From the NCBI RefSeq assembly GCF_964213995.1, contig NC_135807.1, positions 96,906,001-96,970,000 on the forward strand: a DNA stretch of 64,000 nt, written 5' to 3'. This DNA comes from Mustelus asterias. Taxonomy: Eukaryota. Below the pieces are notes generated by a model. The model worked only from the letters and a program-made list of their open reading frames with translations, was not told the origin of the DNA and did not search any database. A program made the translations under genes and the position numbers. Below are positions 61,790 through 64,000 of the stretch, piece after piece (within the stretch, counting starts at the first letter, position 1; the number at the start of each line of letters is the position of its first letter).

Positions 61790-62125
61790 ATAGAATCATC
61801 GAATCCCTACAGTGCAGAGGGAGGCCATTCAGCCCATTGAGCCTGCATTGACAACAATCCCACCTACGCCCTATCCCCATAGCTCCACATATTCCATAGT
61901 CCAAAGATGTGCGGGTTAGGTTGATTGGCCATGCTAAAATTGCCCCTTAGTGTCCTGTGATGTGTAAGTTCGGGGGATTAGTGGGTAAATATGTAGGGAT
62001 ATGGGAGTAGGGCCTAGGTGGGATTGTGGTCGGTGCAGACTCAATGGGCCAAATGGCCTCTTTCAGCACTGTAGGTATCTATGATATTTACCCTGCCAGT
62101 CCCCCGACACTAAAGGCCAATTTAG
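61790..62125 (-). mobile_element. HE1-like SINE (minus) containing a nested plus-strand SINE 3' half (61894-62083, TSD ATATT)
   Basis: Reverse tail 61790-61893 resumes at 62084 (ATATTTACCCTG...ACACTAAAGGCCAATTTAG); ATATT at 61889-61893 and 62084-62088. Confidence 0.85.
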
Positions 62126-64000
62126 TGCGGAGTGAGGGGGGGGGGGGGGTTGTGGTTGGAATTGGTAGTTGGGTCGGATCAGGGGGTGTATTCAGGAATC
62201 GGGTTGGGGCCCAAGAAGTCAGGGGGCAGTCCTGCCGGAGGTGGGGTGGGGGTGTGGGAGTTCTCTGGACCCTTGGGGTTTGGGAAGTCCCATAGGGGAT
62301 CAGTGTGGGTCTGTACAAGTTACCCAGAAGCTAGAAGTGGTTTTAATTATTCTAACCTTTTCGGGATATCTGTATCTGTAACAGTTAGTACCATCTAAAG
62401 TTTTCTATCTAAATTGCATTTACAGATGGTTGCCAGAGCAGAGTAATTGCCCACTGGAAGTTTGCACTTCCTGGGAAATTGCCATGCAATCCTTACCTGG
62501 GGACAACCAGAGGAATTCACCAGCACCACTTTGGGTCCCTCTCGATACACTGCCTGGAGCTCAGAGGTTATGGCCCATGATGTACCTCCTGTTTCACACT
62601 AAAGTTCAAAATACAGCTTCAATTCATTGTGGAACAATAATGATGTAAAATTAATTGACTGAACACACTTCAGAAAACAACAGCACCTCTTCTTATCAAT
62701 GACAAGGGAGCTCCAAACTATATTCCTTGTTTTATTGTGCCTTTATTTAATACAATTTCCACCAACTCACATGCGACAAACAGAAGCAATGATCAAAACT
62801 GAAAAGTGCAACATTTATCAGATAGCAGCTCAAAATTTAGCCCCAACATGGGGATTGTTGCTAATGCCCCGGGCACTGGGTACGAAGTCAATGAAGAATA
62901 TTTATCTCTGTCATGAGTTGGCTTGCATTAGTCTTCACAGTACACTTCAGTTTAGCTGCAGAATTTCAGGTTTGAATAAATTGCCGTTAATGAATAATCA
63001 GACTAGTTGCATAACATTTGCCCTTTAGCCTATGGCTTTCTGTGATGGAGGATTTAGCTGTGCAAGGACATTGATCAATGATCTAAGGTAGCTGCAGATG
63101 CATCTGTCCATGACAGTATTGGTATGAGTGGCCACCGCACAGTCCTTGTGGCGACTAAGTCCCATCTTCACGTTGAGGATACCCTCTGTCGTGGAGTAGA
63201 TTATTATACAGGATGGTCTCAGGAGCCTTCAGGTCAGAGCAGTTGTTTGCCAGCCAACACATTGGGAGAGCACTATCTCAGAGAAAGGCCTCTGAGGCAG
63301 ACTCTCCCAATGCATTGGCTGGTGAATGGTGCTTCTGTGCCTGAGGGCTCTTGAGATTATTTTGTATAATAATCTACTCCACAACAATTGGCATTGCAAG
63401 CAGGATACTTGTATCGGATCGTCAGAACGGCTCTGCATAAAGGGTGAGTATATTTTATTTACCACCCGTATTTATTGCAGTAAGTCTGTCTGAAAACGAT
63501 CTAGTCAAGTATTAAAGAATCTGGGAGAGGAGAACTCAGGCAGAGGGAGGTGCCAGGGTAGGTGCAGGCAGGCTGATGAGGCCAAAGCCGCATGAGGTAG
63601 GCCAGGCCACCTCAGAGTGAATTGAGAGTGCAGGGGGCCAGTTTAGTTGAAACCGCACAGACGGGACTTTCGGTTGCTAAGACCGCAGTCAGAGCCATGC
63701 AGGCGGACTAACTTTCAGGTGAAACCACATTGGCAGATCAGCATCTGTTTGAAGCCACGCTGAATATCGCATAAAATCAAGTTGATAAGAACTACGCAGG
63801 TTCAAAAACAAACTACACAGAGACAGGCAGTGAGAGAATACCGTCAGGAAGAGAGTACCATGGACTTTGATTGGGGAGCCAAGCGCTCCATCATGTGGTT
63901 GATAGCAGAATGACAGTCAAAATTAGTTAAGAAAATGCTGAAGGACGGTTGGAACCCACATAGTACACCCAAGGGACAAAACAGCTAGTGGGTGGGTCAG

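Noticed and set aside
63470-64000. Possible minus-strand retroelement remnant at window end
   Set aside because: No motif recognisable with confidence

Overview
Repeat-dense vertebrate genomic DNA. The repeat families (CR1/HER1-type LINEs, tRNA-headed HE1-type SINEs with CR1-like tails, Harbinger, Penelope-like) point to a cartilaginous fish, probably a shark. One host gene is supported: a divergent CCDC127-like gene on the + strand, with coding exons 48170-48296 and 57331-57947 (247 aa). Its 9.0-kb intron is almost entirely one Harbinger transposon that carries nested Gmr1-type Gypsy, Rex1-like LINE and SINE insertions. Other large features: (i) a Mag-like Gypsy LTR element at 20223-26811 with a YLDN RT motif, a CR1 inserted in its RT, and mismatched flanks without a TSD; (ii) a ~4.53-kb tandem array of about 3.8 copies at 26812-44322, each carrying a cluster of ~42-bp-spaced TTGGC-N5-GCCAA-TGACAG motifs; (iii) a short Penelope-like insert with a minimal hammerhead ribozyme at 59963-59999. 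Most short ORFs in the supplied track are antisense or low-complexity artefacts. Family names come from recalled motifs, not database searches, and boundaries of old repeats are approximate.
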